From Aestuariibacter sp. (GTDB taxonomy: Bacteria; Pseudomonadota; Gammaproteobacteria; Enterobacterales; Alteromonadaceae), in contig CP170457.1 in assembly GCA_047947135.1 (NCBI GenBank), forward strand, positions 720,027-784,026: 64,000 nucleotides of DNA. Reading direction: 5' to 3'. Of the stretch, positions 42,641-52,132 are shown piece after piece; the first letter of the stretch is position 1, and each line of letters opens with the position of its first letter. The translations under genes were made by a program, and so were the position numbers. A model generated the notes under the pieces. The model did no database searches, had not been told where the DNA came from, and worked only from the letters and a program-made list of their open reading frames with translations.

Positions 42641-43202
42641 GAGGAAAGGTGTGACGGTTAAAGATAACTCTGCGATTGTTGTACTTGGACATAAGAACAG
42701 CTCGGCAGGACAGTTGAGCGATATCGCTCAAGCGCGATGTAAGGTAGCGTTTCAGCTGTATCAAAAAACCCAACTTAAACTCATCTGCACAGGGGCTTTT
42801 GGTGACAAGTTTAATAACACCTCCCGCTCCCATGCTCAGCATCTGCAAGCGTACCTGCACCAGCTTGGCGTGCCAACTGCTAAGTTTTTAGCAAGTACGA
42901 TGAGTCACAATACCTATGAAGACGGCAAGCTGACGGCCAAAATCATTGAGCAGCACCTCATTTCCCATATTCATCTGGTAACCTCTGATTTTCATCTGCA
43001 AAGGGCTTTTCTGTGGTTTAAACTATTTAATGGTGAATTAAAAATCACTCCCTGTAGTGCAACAACAATTGCCACAGAAACACAACTGCAACAGTTGCAT
43101 GGACATGAAAAACAGGCGCTAATTAATTTCTATCGCGATTTCCCTGACTTTCCCGACGTTGCCTCATTTCAGGACTGGCAGATATCACTACCAGCCAGTT
43201 GA
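42621..43202 (+). CDS. DUF218/YdcF-like (ElyC/SanA-family) protein.
   Basis: AIVVLGHKN...CKVAFQLYQ...ICTGAFGDK...THVTSDFHLQRA pattern of the YdcF/DUF218 fold. The true start is probably the GTG at 42651 (RBS GAGGAAAGG), just after the TauE stop. Confidence 0.6.
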   Translation: MRWRMPERKGVTVKDNSAIVVLGHKNSSAGQLSDIAQARCKVAFQLYQKTQLKLICTGAFGDKFNNTSRSHAQHLQAYLHQLGVPTAKFLASTMSHNTYEDGKLTAKIIEQHLISHIHLVTSDFHLQRAFLWFKLFNGELKITPCSATTIATETQLQQLHGHEKQALINFYRDFPDFPDVASFQDWQISLPAS

Positions 43203-43228
43203 ATGAACCAACCTCGCTAAACTGAGAG

Positions 43229-44953
43229 CTAGCTGTGTACTGCCAGCTTTTTTGTTTTTGGTTGCAAAAAATGGCTATCAAACTGCTCCGAAGAGATCGG
43301 TTTACTAAAGTAATAGCCTTGCAATCGACCCACCCCAAGCTCCCGACACAAGTTGGCGTTGCGATCAGATTCAATTCCTTCCGCAACAATCGACATGCTA
43401 AGGCTATCAATCATAGAAACCAGACCCCGTAACAGCGCCAGAGACTTCTCGGCTTGTTGATTTTGAGGCATCAATGAACGATCGATTTTGACAGTAGAAA
43501 TCGGAAAATGATGTAAATGCTGAATTGACGAGTAACCGGTGCCAAAGTCATCCAGTGCCAGTCCAACACCCAGCCCTACCAATCCGTGCAGATTCGCCAT
43601 TACATCCTGAGTATGTTTGAGCAAAACCGTTTCGGTGATTTCTATTTCAATTTGACGAGGTTCAATTTGGTAATGAGCCATACGATCTCGCAGATATTCC
43701 ACCAGCGATTTGTCATAAAGCTGTTGTGGTGAAATATTCAGCGCCATCACAAAATTACGAGGCACTTTGTCCTGCCATGCAGATAGCTGCTGACAGGCAC
43801 AATCAATAATCCAACGGCCAATTTCAACAATTAATCCCGATTCTTCTGCAATATCGATAAAATAATCCGGAAACACCAGTCCATGCTTTGGATGTTCCCA
43901 GCGCACCAGTGCCTCACAACTTATCAAACAGCGATTGTTGGCTGCCACCACAGGTTGAAAATGCAACACAAATTCGTTGTGTTGCAGGGCCTTGCGCAGT
44001 TCGTGCTCTACGGAAAATCGGCGCTGAAATTGACGTTGGAGCTTTTCATCAACAAAACATAATGAATTACCACCTATATCTTTAGCATGAAACATGGCGA
44101 TATCCGCACAGCGCAACAGCATATCCGGTATTTGGCAGTTCTGTGGATAAAAGGCGACCCCCATACTGGCAGACAACTTAATCTCCAGATCCGCGGCTTC
44201 AAAGGGCTCTGACAATGACTGCTCTAATTGCGACTGCAACTCACTTAAATGTGCTTTATGTTGCTGTTTAACCAATACCGCAAACTCATCCCCTCCCAGC
44301 CTAAATAAGGTTTCGTTAGCTCCGCACAGTGTTTCAAGTCGTCGGGCTAAAGAAGCCAGAATTGTGTCGCCTACATCATGGCCAAAGGTGTCGTTGATGT
44401 ATTGAAAACGATCGATATTGATTAAAATCAAGGCGACAACCGAACCGCAAACGGAGGCTTCTTCGACACTGTTTTTCAAATACATATCGAACATGTAGCG
44501 ATTATAGAGACCTGTTAACGGATCATGCTCAGCCAGGTATTTTGTGTGGTCATAACTCTGGCGCAACTTGAGCTCTAATTCACTGCGCGCAGTGGCTTGG
44601 GTCAGGGCTCTTCGCAACCGCCGTGGAGATACTTCATCTAACAGGATGACATCATGCGCCCCGGCACGCACACATCTAAGCGTATAAAGATCGTCATCTT
44701 TTTCGGTAACGATAAGTGTCGTCACTTCCTTTTCCATCGCTCTGATTCGCAATTCGATCAACATCTCGATGGCATCACAAAAGGGCAGGGTATCAGTCAG
44801 TAAAACAACATCGATATCCTGCCGCAACAATATATCCTCAGCCTTTTCGATACTATCCGCGAAATAAAAGGTAGGTGTTAAATGCCCATGCCGCAGTGCT
44901 CTACTGATAACCGCTCTATGGATAGCGCTGGCTTCGACCACTAGTAGTTGCAT
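43229..44953 (-). CDS. Response regulator with REC-GGDEF-EAL architecture (c-di-GMP turnover).
   Basis: REC (MQLLVVEASAIHR...VVLLTDTLPFCDAIEML). GGDEF with RLGGDEF. EAL domain with the EALVRWEHP motif and downstream DDFGTGYSS. Confidence 0.85.
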   Translation of the reverse strand: MQLLVVEASAIHRAVISRALRHGHLTPTFYFADSIEKAEDILLRQDIDVVLLTDTLPFCDAIEMLIELRIRAMEKEVTTLIVTEKDDDLYTLRCVRAGAHDVILLDEVSPRRLRRALTQATARSELELKLRQSYDHTKYLAEHDPLTGLYNRYMFDMYLKNSVEEASVCGSVVALILINIDRFQYINDTFGHDVGDTILASLARRLETLCGANETLFRLGGDEFAVLVKQQHKAHLSELQSQLEQSLSEPFEAADLEIKLSASMGVAFYPQNCQIPDMLLRCADIAMFHAKDIGGNSLCFVDEKLQRQFQRRFSVEHELRKALQHNEFVLHFQPVVAANNRCLISCEALVRWEHPKHGLVFPDYFIDIAEESGLIVEIGRWIIDCACQQLSAWQDKVPRNFVMALNISPQQLYDKSLVEYLRDRMAHYQIEPRQIEIEITETVLLKHTQDVMANLHGLVGLGVGLALDDFGTGYSSIQHLHHFPISTVKIDRSLMPQNQQAEKSLALLRGLVSMIDSLSMSIVAEGIESDRNANLCRELGVGRLQGYYFSKPISSEQFDSHFLQPKTKKLAVHS

Positions 44954-45369
44954 TGGAAACTCCCGGACTATGCCGTGCAGAGTGTACTAATTTCTCAGTT
45001 GCAACGAGTAACAAACCCAACGTTGTCTGGACAGCGAGAATTACCGACACACTCTGATTACAAATCACTTAAATCCTAGTAGACATGACCGGAATAAGCG
45101 CTGTTGCTTTCAGAAATATTGTCACAAAATCTTACCGCTCAACTTGGCAATCAGGTACTTAGGCACTCAAAGACGAGGTAAAGTATTGAACGATAGGCAA
45201 TTAATTCCCCACCCGAAAATATCATAAAATCAGGTCGCAAAAATATTACCCAGCAAAGATGACAGGGGGATCCGTGATCGCTTACAAGCCGTTACTGCTA
45301 TTCATTACAGTAAATTTTTGATAGAAGGGACGTTAGAATGACGCCCCTTCGATTTTAGCAAGTGGATGC

Positions 45370-47277
45370 CTATTGAATAAACTCTTCGTTTGCTTTGATG
45401 GTCAACGGGTGATAGCCGGATTTAGCTTCAGCAAAGGCTTTTTGCGCCAGTACCTTTCCTTCTGGTGTAGCAGATAACGCCTTATACAGAGGCTTAACAA
45501 GTTTGTTACGACCAATACTGGTTAAATAGTCGTACAACCTATCGTAAGCGGGCATGTATTCGTTCTTAATGCTCAACAACAGCCAGGAATGCGCAATTTC
45601 GTTGTTTTGGTGCTGAGTAAAACCAAAGGCAGCATCCAGTTCGGCAAGCTTGTCATGACTGAGCTGTTGTGGAAGATTATCAACAAAATACTTCCATTGG
45701 TGAAAATTCCAATTGGCGGTCTCAATATCAGCCGCCGGACGTGCTCCTTGCAACCATTCATTACGTGCTCTGTCGACAATATCAAAGGCATCAGATTCTG
45801 CTCCGGGAGCGCCATCCGGCACTCCGGGCTGGAAAATCCAGGTCATCATTCGCTGCCTATCCAGTTGCTCCGAATACTGACTTAACAGGGTTTCATCCAG
45901 GTAGTCGATAAACTGCTCAGTGGTGATGCTTTGAAAGGCAAAGTGCTCAAAGTAGCCCAGTAAAAATTGGTCAAAGTTTTCCCGGCCGATTTTCTGTTCC
46001 AATTCTCTTAAAAACAAGGCGCCTTTCTCGTACGGAATATTACTAAATACGTCATCGGCATCCCGCCCGCGCAGATCGATAGCCAGAACCTGGTCCTGTT
46101 TTGGCAGGCTGTTTAGATCCTGCTGCAGATCCTGCGCCCCTAACACCAACTCCATCTGGTAGCGTTCCGTTCCGTAAATAAATTCCATAATGCGGTAAGT
46201 CAGATAGGTGGTAAACCCTTCATTCAGCCATAGATCTCGCCAGGTCGCGTTGGTAATAGTATTGCCTGACCACGAGTGTGCAAGTTCATGGGCGATCAAA
46301 GCCACCAGACTCTTGTCACCAGCAATAACGGTGGGGGTAATAAATGACAATCTGGGGTTTTCCATACCGCCGAATGGAAATGAGGGTGGCAGAATTAACA
46401 AATCGTAGCGTCCCCAACTGTACTCACCATAACGCTTTTCCGTTTCGATAAGCATTGCTTCGGTATCTTCAAATTCTGCCGCAGCTCTGTTTAACCAGCT
46501 TGCCTCAGCATAAACGCCAGTGCGCTCACCCATGGGTTTGAATTGTAAATCACCGACGGCCAAAGCAATAAGATAAGAAGGAATAGGTTGAGGCATGGAA
46601 AATTCGTATACGCCATCTCGCTCGGTATCCGGGTCATTCTCTGCACTCATCACTGCCAGTAACGCTTCAGGAGTCCGAATCACTGCTTCATAAGTGATAC
46701 GTACAGCTGGAGAGTCTTGCAGAGGAATAAAGCTGCGCGCGTGAATGGCTTGTGCCTGAGTAAATAAAAATGGATGTTGTTTGCCAGCGGTCTGTTCCGG
46801 CGTCAACCACTGCACACCGCTGGCATCCGGAGATGTTTGATAATGAACCGTTACCTGTTGTTGTCCATCCGCCAGTGTAATTTCCAGCGGCGTACCGAGA
46901 TAAGGGTCAGTCTCAGCCAGATTAAAGGGTACCATTTGTCCTTGGTGAGTCACTTTTTCAATGGTTAAATCCCGGGTATCCAGAATCAAAGTATGCACTT
47001 CTGAATCCTCTCTCTCGACATCAAGTGTTGCGGTTCCGGAGAGGATCTTATTGTCAAAATCAACATTGAGATCTAAGGCAATATGAGTCACTCGCACATC
47101 TTCGTAATTGGACAATGAGTGATAATCTTTACCCACTTCGATGTCGACTTTCGCTTGCTCTGAAGCGGGTGATTCCTGACCAGCAGTTGGGTCAACAGTA
47201 TTTGGCTGGCAGGCGCTCACCAGCAAGGCTACTGAGAAGGTTGCAAAGAATTTTCTTATTATCATTTTCTTCTCCAC
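45370..47277 (-). CDS. M1-family zinc aminopeptidase (LTA4-hydrolase/cold-active aminopeptidase-like) lipoprotein.
   Basis: Lipobox LLVSAC. GGMEN exopeptidase motif (FPFGGMENPRL). HELAHSWSGN...LWLNEGFTTY zinc HEXXH-18-E motif. Confidence 0.85.
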   Translation of the reverse strand: MEKKMIIRKFFATFSVALLVSACQPNTVDPTAGQESPASEQAKVDIEVGKDYHSLSNYEDVRVTHIALDLNVDFDNKILSGTATLDVEREDSEVHTLILDTRDLTIEKVTHQGQMVPFNLAETDPYLGTPLEITLADGQQQVTVHYQTSPDASGVQWLTPEQTAGKQHPFLFTQAQAIHARSFIPLQDSPAVRITYEAVIRTPEALLAVMSAENDPDTERDGVYEFSMPQPIPSYLIALAVGDLQFKPMGERTGVYAEASWLNRAAAEFEDTEAMLIETEKRYGEYSWGRYDLLILPPSFPFGGMENPRLSFITPTVIAGDKSLVALIAHELAHSWSGNTITNATWRDLWLNEGFTTYLTYRIMEFIYGTERYQMELVLGAQDLQQDLNSLPKQDQVLAIDLRGRDADDVFSNIPYEKGALFLRELEQKIGRENFDQFLLGYFEHFAFQSITTEQFIDYLDETLLSQYSEQLDRQRMMTWIFQPGVPDGAPGAESDAFDIVDRARNEWLQGARPAADIETANWNFHQWKYFVDNLPQQLSHDKLAELDAAFGFTQHQNNEIAHSWLLLSIKNEYMPAYDRLYDYLTSIGRNKLVKPLYKALSATPEGKVLAQKAFAEAKSGYHPLTIKANEEFIQ

Positions 47278-47312
47278 ATAAATTGTGATGTTTTCGCGTC
47301 AGTGGGCAACGG

Positions 47313-48029
47313 TTAAGCAAACCTGCGCTGACGTGATTTTGGTTTAAAACTTTTGATGAGCAACACTACGCCAGTAAGTACAAAGAGCAGCGCGGCAATT
47401 GCAAAACTGATTAGTAACGGGTTATTAAAATTTTCTCGCTCATCATAATCCATAATGTGTAGCATCCAGACAAAATCGAACAGGCGCCACAGGTCACTTC
47501 GCACATGCTCTAATTTACCAGTCCTTGGATGCAAATATAACGTGGTGTCCAACCAGTCATCAAATATCACTTGCCAGGAGGTGCCGGTTACCCGAGAAGC
47601 CTCTTGCGGCGGTTCGGTCAACATACGAATGGATTTAACCGGGTGCGCCTGCAAATAATAATTTTTTGCCAGCATTTCAATCTGTTCTTGCTGCAGTGGC
47701 GTTACGGCTTTACCCGTGTGCGCATCCAGATACATTGCATTGCTTTTACCTTTGATGACATAGACTGGCCGTTGTGCAATGCTGATAAACTCAATATTTG
47801 TTGCCGGAAATGAGATATTATTCAGCACTTCATCTAATGAGTAATAGCTGCCCCGGTTTTGCCAGACAGTGGTATCGGGTTGCTTGGCCAGGTGTTTGCC
47901 ATGCACCATTTCCAGAGGAATGGCACTCATTACAACACCGCCAGCGATCCAGAAAAACAGTTGTAGTACCAGCACCAGACCTGCCCATTTATGGGCTATT
48001 CGGAAAAACTTATAGAAGCGAACTTTCAT
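47313..48029 (-). CDS. PepSY-associated TM-helix family membrane protein.
   Basis: N-terminal FRIAHKWAGLVLVLQLFFWIAGG TM helix, a periplasmic domain, and a C-terminal TM helix. Typical PepSY_TM layout. Confidence 0.55.
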   Translation of the reverse strand: MKVRFYKFFRIAHKWAGLVLVLQLFFWIAGGVVMSAIPLEMVHGKHLAKQPDTTVWQNRGSYYSLDEVLNNISFPATNIEFISIAQRPVYVIKGKSNAMYLDAHTGKAVTPLQQEQIEMLAKNYYLQAHPVKSIRMLTEPPQEASRVTGTSWQVIFDDWLDTTLYLHPRTGKLEHVRSDLWRLFDFVWMLHIMDYDERENFNNPLLISFAIAALLFVLTGVVLLIKSFKPKSRQRRFA

Positions 48030-48238
48030 TCTTATTATTGTCGGAACATCCTGATTTTCAGATTACCTCGAAATCTCTGGCTATCCAAGCATTGTCAGCG
48101 TTTTAGGCAATCTCGATAGCATTAAAAAACCGGCTATATATTGATAAATGCCTGAGACGCCCTAACTCATAAATGACTTATGGATGTCGCATGAATGACA
48201 TATCATAGACTTAACCACTTAACTTTTTTGGGCATGTC

Positions 48239-49270
48239 GTGAAATTAGGTATTGTATTTGGAAGTGGCTCTGCCAGAGGCTGGGCGCATATTGGTGTAAT
48301 GAACGAACTTAGCAAAATGGGCATTACTCCCCATGTTGTTACGGGAACATCAATAGGTGCGTTAGTTGGTGCGGCCGTTGCCAGCAACCGTTTAACTGAA
48401 CTGGAAACCTGGGTACGTACCCTCAACAACTGGCAGGTATTGGGTTTGCTAGATTGGGGAGTAGGGCGTGGTGGCTTGATAAACGGTGAAAAAGTGTTTG
48501 AGAAAGTCGCCGAGACGATTGGAGACATGCAGTTTGAAGATCTGGCTTTGCCTTTTGGCGCGGTCGCAACCGATCTTTATACAGGTCGTGAAGCCTGGTT
48601 AACGCAAGGCACAGTAAAAACCGCGCTGCGCAGCTCATGCGCTATTCCTGGGATTCTGGCACCTGCGATGTTTGATGGTAGATGGATGGTCGATGGCGCG
48701 ACGGTTAATCCGATACCTGTATCCCTTTGCCGTGCCTTAGGTGCCGATTTTGTTATCGCGATAGATTTAAACTCTGAAAAATCCAATATGATTGCAAAAA
48801 CCCAAAAGCCCTACTTTCCGGATGACAAGCGCAGACAACCCACGCCACCGGAAGTGCGTGTGGTGACCGATCAAGAGGAGTTGGCAGCACAATCCCCCGA
48901 TCCTAAAGAAGTCGACAAAACCCGGTTCGGTAACATTCTGGTCAAAGGTCGACAATATTTGCAACAGGTTGCAGAAAAGCGCCAATACATTAAAGACAAC
49001 AAAGTAAAAACCCCGGATTTGTTTGCTGTTATGTCTGGCTGTATTGATATTATGCAGGATCGTATCACCCGCTCCAGACTTGCCGGCGAACCGCCCGACG
49101 TCGTGATCCAGCCGAAACTGGGCCGCTACGGCATCATGGAGTTTGATAAAGCCAGCGAACTGATTGAGGAAGGAGAACGCTGTGTCGCTGCTTATCGCAA
49201 TATTCTGGAATACAAGTTGGAACATTTTATCGATCCTGAAGCTACGGATCTCTACGCCAATGGCAATTAG
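48239..49270 (+). CDS. Patatin-like phospholipase (RssA-like).
   Basis: GSGSARGWAHIGV oxyanion hole. GTSIG serine nucleophile (GxSxG). The catalytic Asp lies in the downstream DGA motif. GTG start. Confidence 0.85.
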   Translation: MKLGIVFGSGSARGWAHIGVMNELSKMGITPHVVTGTSIGALVGAAVASNRLTELETWVRTLNNWQVLGLLDWGVGRGGLINGEKVFEKVAETIGDMQFEDLALPFGAVATDLYTGREAWLTQGTVKTALRSSCAIPGILAPAMFDGRWMVDGATVNPIPVSLCRALGADFVIAIDLNSEKSNMIAKTQKPYFPDDKRRQPTPPEVRVVTDQEELAAQSPDPKEVDKTRFGNILVKGRQYLQQVAEKRQYIKDNKVKTPDLFAVMSGCIDIMQDRITRSRLAGEPPDVVIQPKLGRYGIMEFDKASELIEEGERCVAAYRNILEYKLEHFIDPEATDLYANGN

Positions 49271-49290
49271 GATGTACGCCTACGGCGCAG

Positions 49291-49302
49291 ATTGTCGACA
49301 AT
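49291..49302. promoter_or_regulatory. Perfect 12-bp palindrome ATTGTCGACAAT, a candidate GntR/FadR-type operator. A second imperfect copy lies at 49343-49354.
   Basis: Matches the GntR-family consensus t.GT-N-AC.a. It lies 73 nt (second copy 21 nt) upstream of the GntR-family regulator gene that heads the prp operon. Confidence 0.4.
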
Positions 49303-49374
49303 GAGGCCATCAATACTGGATAAAACTCGATAAATAACCTATATTGTCGACATAAGTTCATCTATGTCTACTTT

Positions 49375-50034
49375 ATGGCTCCTAACATTGAAGCGCCGGT
49401 AACCTCGGCTGACAAAGTGTTTTTACAAATGCGCAGTGATATCGTTGAAGGCGAGATCCCTGCCGGCAGCAAATTAAGCGAAGCAGAATTGGCTAATCGT
49501 TATGAAGTAAGCCGAGCGGTCATACGTGAGGCTATCAACCGTTTGCAGGCCAACCACTTAGTCGAACGCCGTGCCAACGTCGGGGCCAAAGTAATACAAC
49601 TCACCCAAAACGGACTCATTCAGCTTTATCAGGTTCGCGAGTCCTTAGAAGGAATGGCAGCCAGACTGGCTGCTGACAACATGGCTGATGAGGAAATTGT
49701 GAACCTTCGAGCTTTGCTAGACACCCATTCTGAACGAGTTGAGCAAGACGAAACCTATTATCAGGAAGCCGGCGATGTCGATTTTCATTATCGCATTATC
49801 AAAGGCAGTAAAAATCAGCAGTTGATTCATTTATTGGTGAATGGTCTTTATCACTTGGTGCGAATGTACCGAGTGCAATTTGGCATGTCCGGTCCGCGGG
49901 TCACTACCGCATTGTCAGAACATCGCCATATCGTCGCCGCCATCGCTAATCGCGATGGTGAATTGGCAGAAATCCTTATGCGACGGCATATCCATTATTC
50001 CAAAAATCACATTGCCGCAAAATTAACCCCTTAA
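49375..50034 (+). CDS. GntR/FadR-family transcriptional regulator of the methylcitrate operon (PrpR-like, FCD domain).
   Basis: N-terminal wHTH ([33 protein letters not shown]). C-terminal FCD helical domain. It lies 17 nt upstream of prpB. Confidence 0.8.
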   Translation: MAPNIEAPVTSADKVFLQMRSDIVEGEIPAGSKLSEAELANRYEVSRAVIREAINRLQANHLVERRANVGAKVIQLTQNGLIQLYQVRESLEGMAARLAADNMADEEIVNLRALLDTHSERVEQDETYYQEAGDVDFHYRIIKGSKNQQLIHLLVNGLYHLVRMYRVQFGMSGPRVTTALSEHRHIVAAIANRDGELAEILMRRHIHYSKNHIAAKLTP

Positions 50035-50051
50035 CCCAGGAGGTCTTCATT

Positions 50052-50933
50052 ATGATCAGTGCAGGAAAAAGATTTCGTACCGCTTTAGAGGCAAACAAGC
50101 CTTTACAAATTGTTGGAACGATCAACGCCTATAGCGCCATTATGGCTAAAAAAATAGGACATCAGGCGATTTATCTGTCTGGTGGTGGTGTGGCTAACGC
50201 ATCTTATGGTTTGCCAGATTTGGGCATGACCTCTCTTAATGATGTAATAGCTGACGTGCAACGGATTACCTCTGCTTGCGATCTTCCCCTGTTAGTAGAC
50301 ATCGATACGGGTTGGGGCGGTGCGTTCAATATTTCCAAAACAGTCCGCGATATGGAAAAAGCCGGCGCGGCTGCGGTACACATGGAAGATCAGGTCGCAC
50401 AGAAGCGCTGCGGTCATCGACCCAATAAAGAAATTGTCTCCACTGAAGAAATGGTGGATCGCATTAAAGCCGCCGTTGACGGCCGCACCGATCCGGACTT
50501 TTTTATCATGGCCCGTACCGACGCGTTTGCACAGGAAGGACTGGATGCGGCTATCGCGCGCGCCAAGGCCTATATTGCCGCGGGAGCCGATGGCATCTTT
50601 GCAGAAGCCATACAGACCGAAGAACATTACCGAGCCTTCTCTGAAGCGCTGGATGTTCCCATCCTGGCCAACATTACCGAATTCGGCAAAACCGAATTAT
50701 GGAATAAAGAACAATTAGGAGCATGGGGTGCAGCCATGGTGCTTTATCCATTAAGCGCGTTCCGTGCCATGAACAAAGCAGCAGAAATGGTATATCAGTC
50801 TATCCTTGAGCAAGGTGACCAGAAAGCCGTCGTTGAAATGATGCAAACCCGAGCTGAGCTATACGATTATCTTGGCTATCACAATTATGAAGCGAAACTG
50901 GATGCCCTATTCGCTAAAGGCAAAAATAAATAA
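50052..50933 (+). CDS. prpB: 2-methylisocitrate lyase.
   Basis: ICL/PEP-mutase fold motifs: [41 protein letters not shown] (the catalytic KRCGH loop). Confidence 0.95.
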   Translation: MISAGKRFRTALEANKPLQIVGTINAYSAIMAKKIGHQAIYLSGGGVANASYGLPDLGMTSLNDVIADVQRITSACDLPLLVDIDTGWGGAFNISKTVRDMEKAGAAAVHMEDQVAQKRCGHRPNKEIVSTEEMVDRIKAAVDGRTDPDFFIMARTDAFAQEGLDAAIARAKAYIAAGADGIFAEAIQTEEHYRAFSEALDVPILANITEFGKTELWNKEQLGAWGAAMVLYPLSAFRAMNKAAEMVYQSILEQGDQKAVVEMMQTRAELYDYLGYHNYEAKLDALFAKGKNK

Positions 50934-50948
50934 ATTCAGGAGGTTAAC

Positions 50949-52073
50949 ATGGCAAAAGTACTAAGTGGCGCGGGTCTGCGCGGACAAGTAGCAGGCAAAA
51001 CTGCATTATCAACTGTCGGTAAATCCGGCTCTGGCCTGACTTATCGTGGCTACGATGTAAAAGATTTAGCTGACACTTGTCAGTTTGAAGAAGTCGCCTA
51101 TTTGATCCTGAAAGGTAAACTACCAACCCAAGTAGAATTAGATGCCTATAAAGCAAAACTGCGTGCACAGCGTGGCTTACCGCAAGCGCTGAAAGACGTC
51201 TTAGAGCGCATTCCTGCCGACGCCCATCCAATGGATGTATTGCGCACGGGCTGCTCTATGTTGGGTAATCTGGAGGGAGAACTGAGCTTCGAGCAACAGC
51301 AGGAGGTCACCGACCGTATGTTGGCCTGCTTCCCAAGCATCATTTGTTACTGGTACCGCTTCTCTCATGATGGTGTACGCATCGACGTGGAAACCGATGA
51401 TAATTCTATTGGTGCCCATTTTCTGCACATGTTACACGGTGAAAAACCCCGTGAGTTGCATGAACAAGTTATGCACGTGTCGCTTATTCTGTATGCCGAG
51501 CATGAATTTAATGCCTCTACCTTCACGGCTCGCGTGTGCGCCTCTACATTGTCTGATATGCACTCCTGTGTGACAGGTGCTATTGGTTCACTGCGCGGAC
51601 CATTGCACGGTGGTGCAAATGAAGCCGCCATGGAAATGATTGAAAAGTTCAATGACGCTGAACATGCAGAGCAAGAAATGATGGGCATGTTGGCACGCAA
51701 AGAAAAAATCATGGGCTTTGGTCATGCCGTTTATTCCGAGTGTGATCCGCGTAACGAAATCATCAAACAATGGTCAGAAAAACTGGCAAAAGATGTGGGT
51801 GATGAGGTTCTATATCCGGTTTCTGTGCGCTGTGAAGAAGTCATGTGGCGTGAGAAGAAGTTATTTTGTAATGCTGACTTTTTCCATGCATCTGCTTACA
51901 ACTTCATGGGTATTCCAACCAAACTATTCACGCCTATCTTTGTTATGTCGCGTTTAACAGGTTGGGCAGCTCACGTAATGGAGCAACGGGCTGACAACCG
52001 CATCATCCGTCCGTCAGCAGAATATACTGGTGAAGAACTGCGCCCGGTTCCCACCATGTCTGACCGCTCTTAA
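50949..52073 (+). CDS. prpC: 2-methylcitrate synthase.
   Basis: ALSTVGKSGSGLTYRGYDVKDLA. Citrate-synthase catalytic His/Asp contexts (GPLHGGANE; HAVY). Confidence 0.95.
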   Translation: MAKVLSGAGLRGQVAGKTALSTVGKSGSGLTYRGYDVKDLADTCQFEEVAYLILKGKLPTQVELDAYKAKLRAQRGLPQALKDVLERIPADAHPMDVLRTGCSMLGNLEGELSFEQQQEVTDRMLACFPSIICYWYRFSHDGVRIDVETDDNSIGAHFLHMLHGEKPRELHEQVMHVSLILYAEHEFNASTFTARVCASTLSDMHSCVTGAIGSLRGPLHGGANEAAMEMIEKFNDAEHAEQEMMGMLARKEKIMGFGHAVYSECDPRNEIIKQWSEKLAKDVGDEVLYPVSVRCEEVMWREKKLFCNADFFHASAYNFMGIPTKLFTPIFVMSRLTGWAAHVMEQRADNRIIRPSAEYTGEELRPVPTMSDRS

Positions 52074-52132
52074 ATATTAGTGGAGCACAGAGGTGCTCCT
52101 TTCCTGATTGACACTAGCGCCATGGAGTCATT

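Noticed and set aside
45325-45360. Imperfect hairpin gaagggacgt...gacgccccttc followed by gattttag
   Set aside because: On the plus strand it has no upstream gene to terminate. On the minus strand (downstream of the aminopeptidase gene) the T-tract is poor. I left it uncalled.
48767-49225. 152-aa minus-strand ORF
   Set aside because: It is antisense to the patatin-like phospholipase gene, with no independent support.
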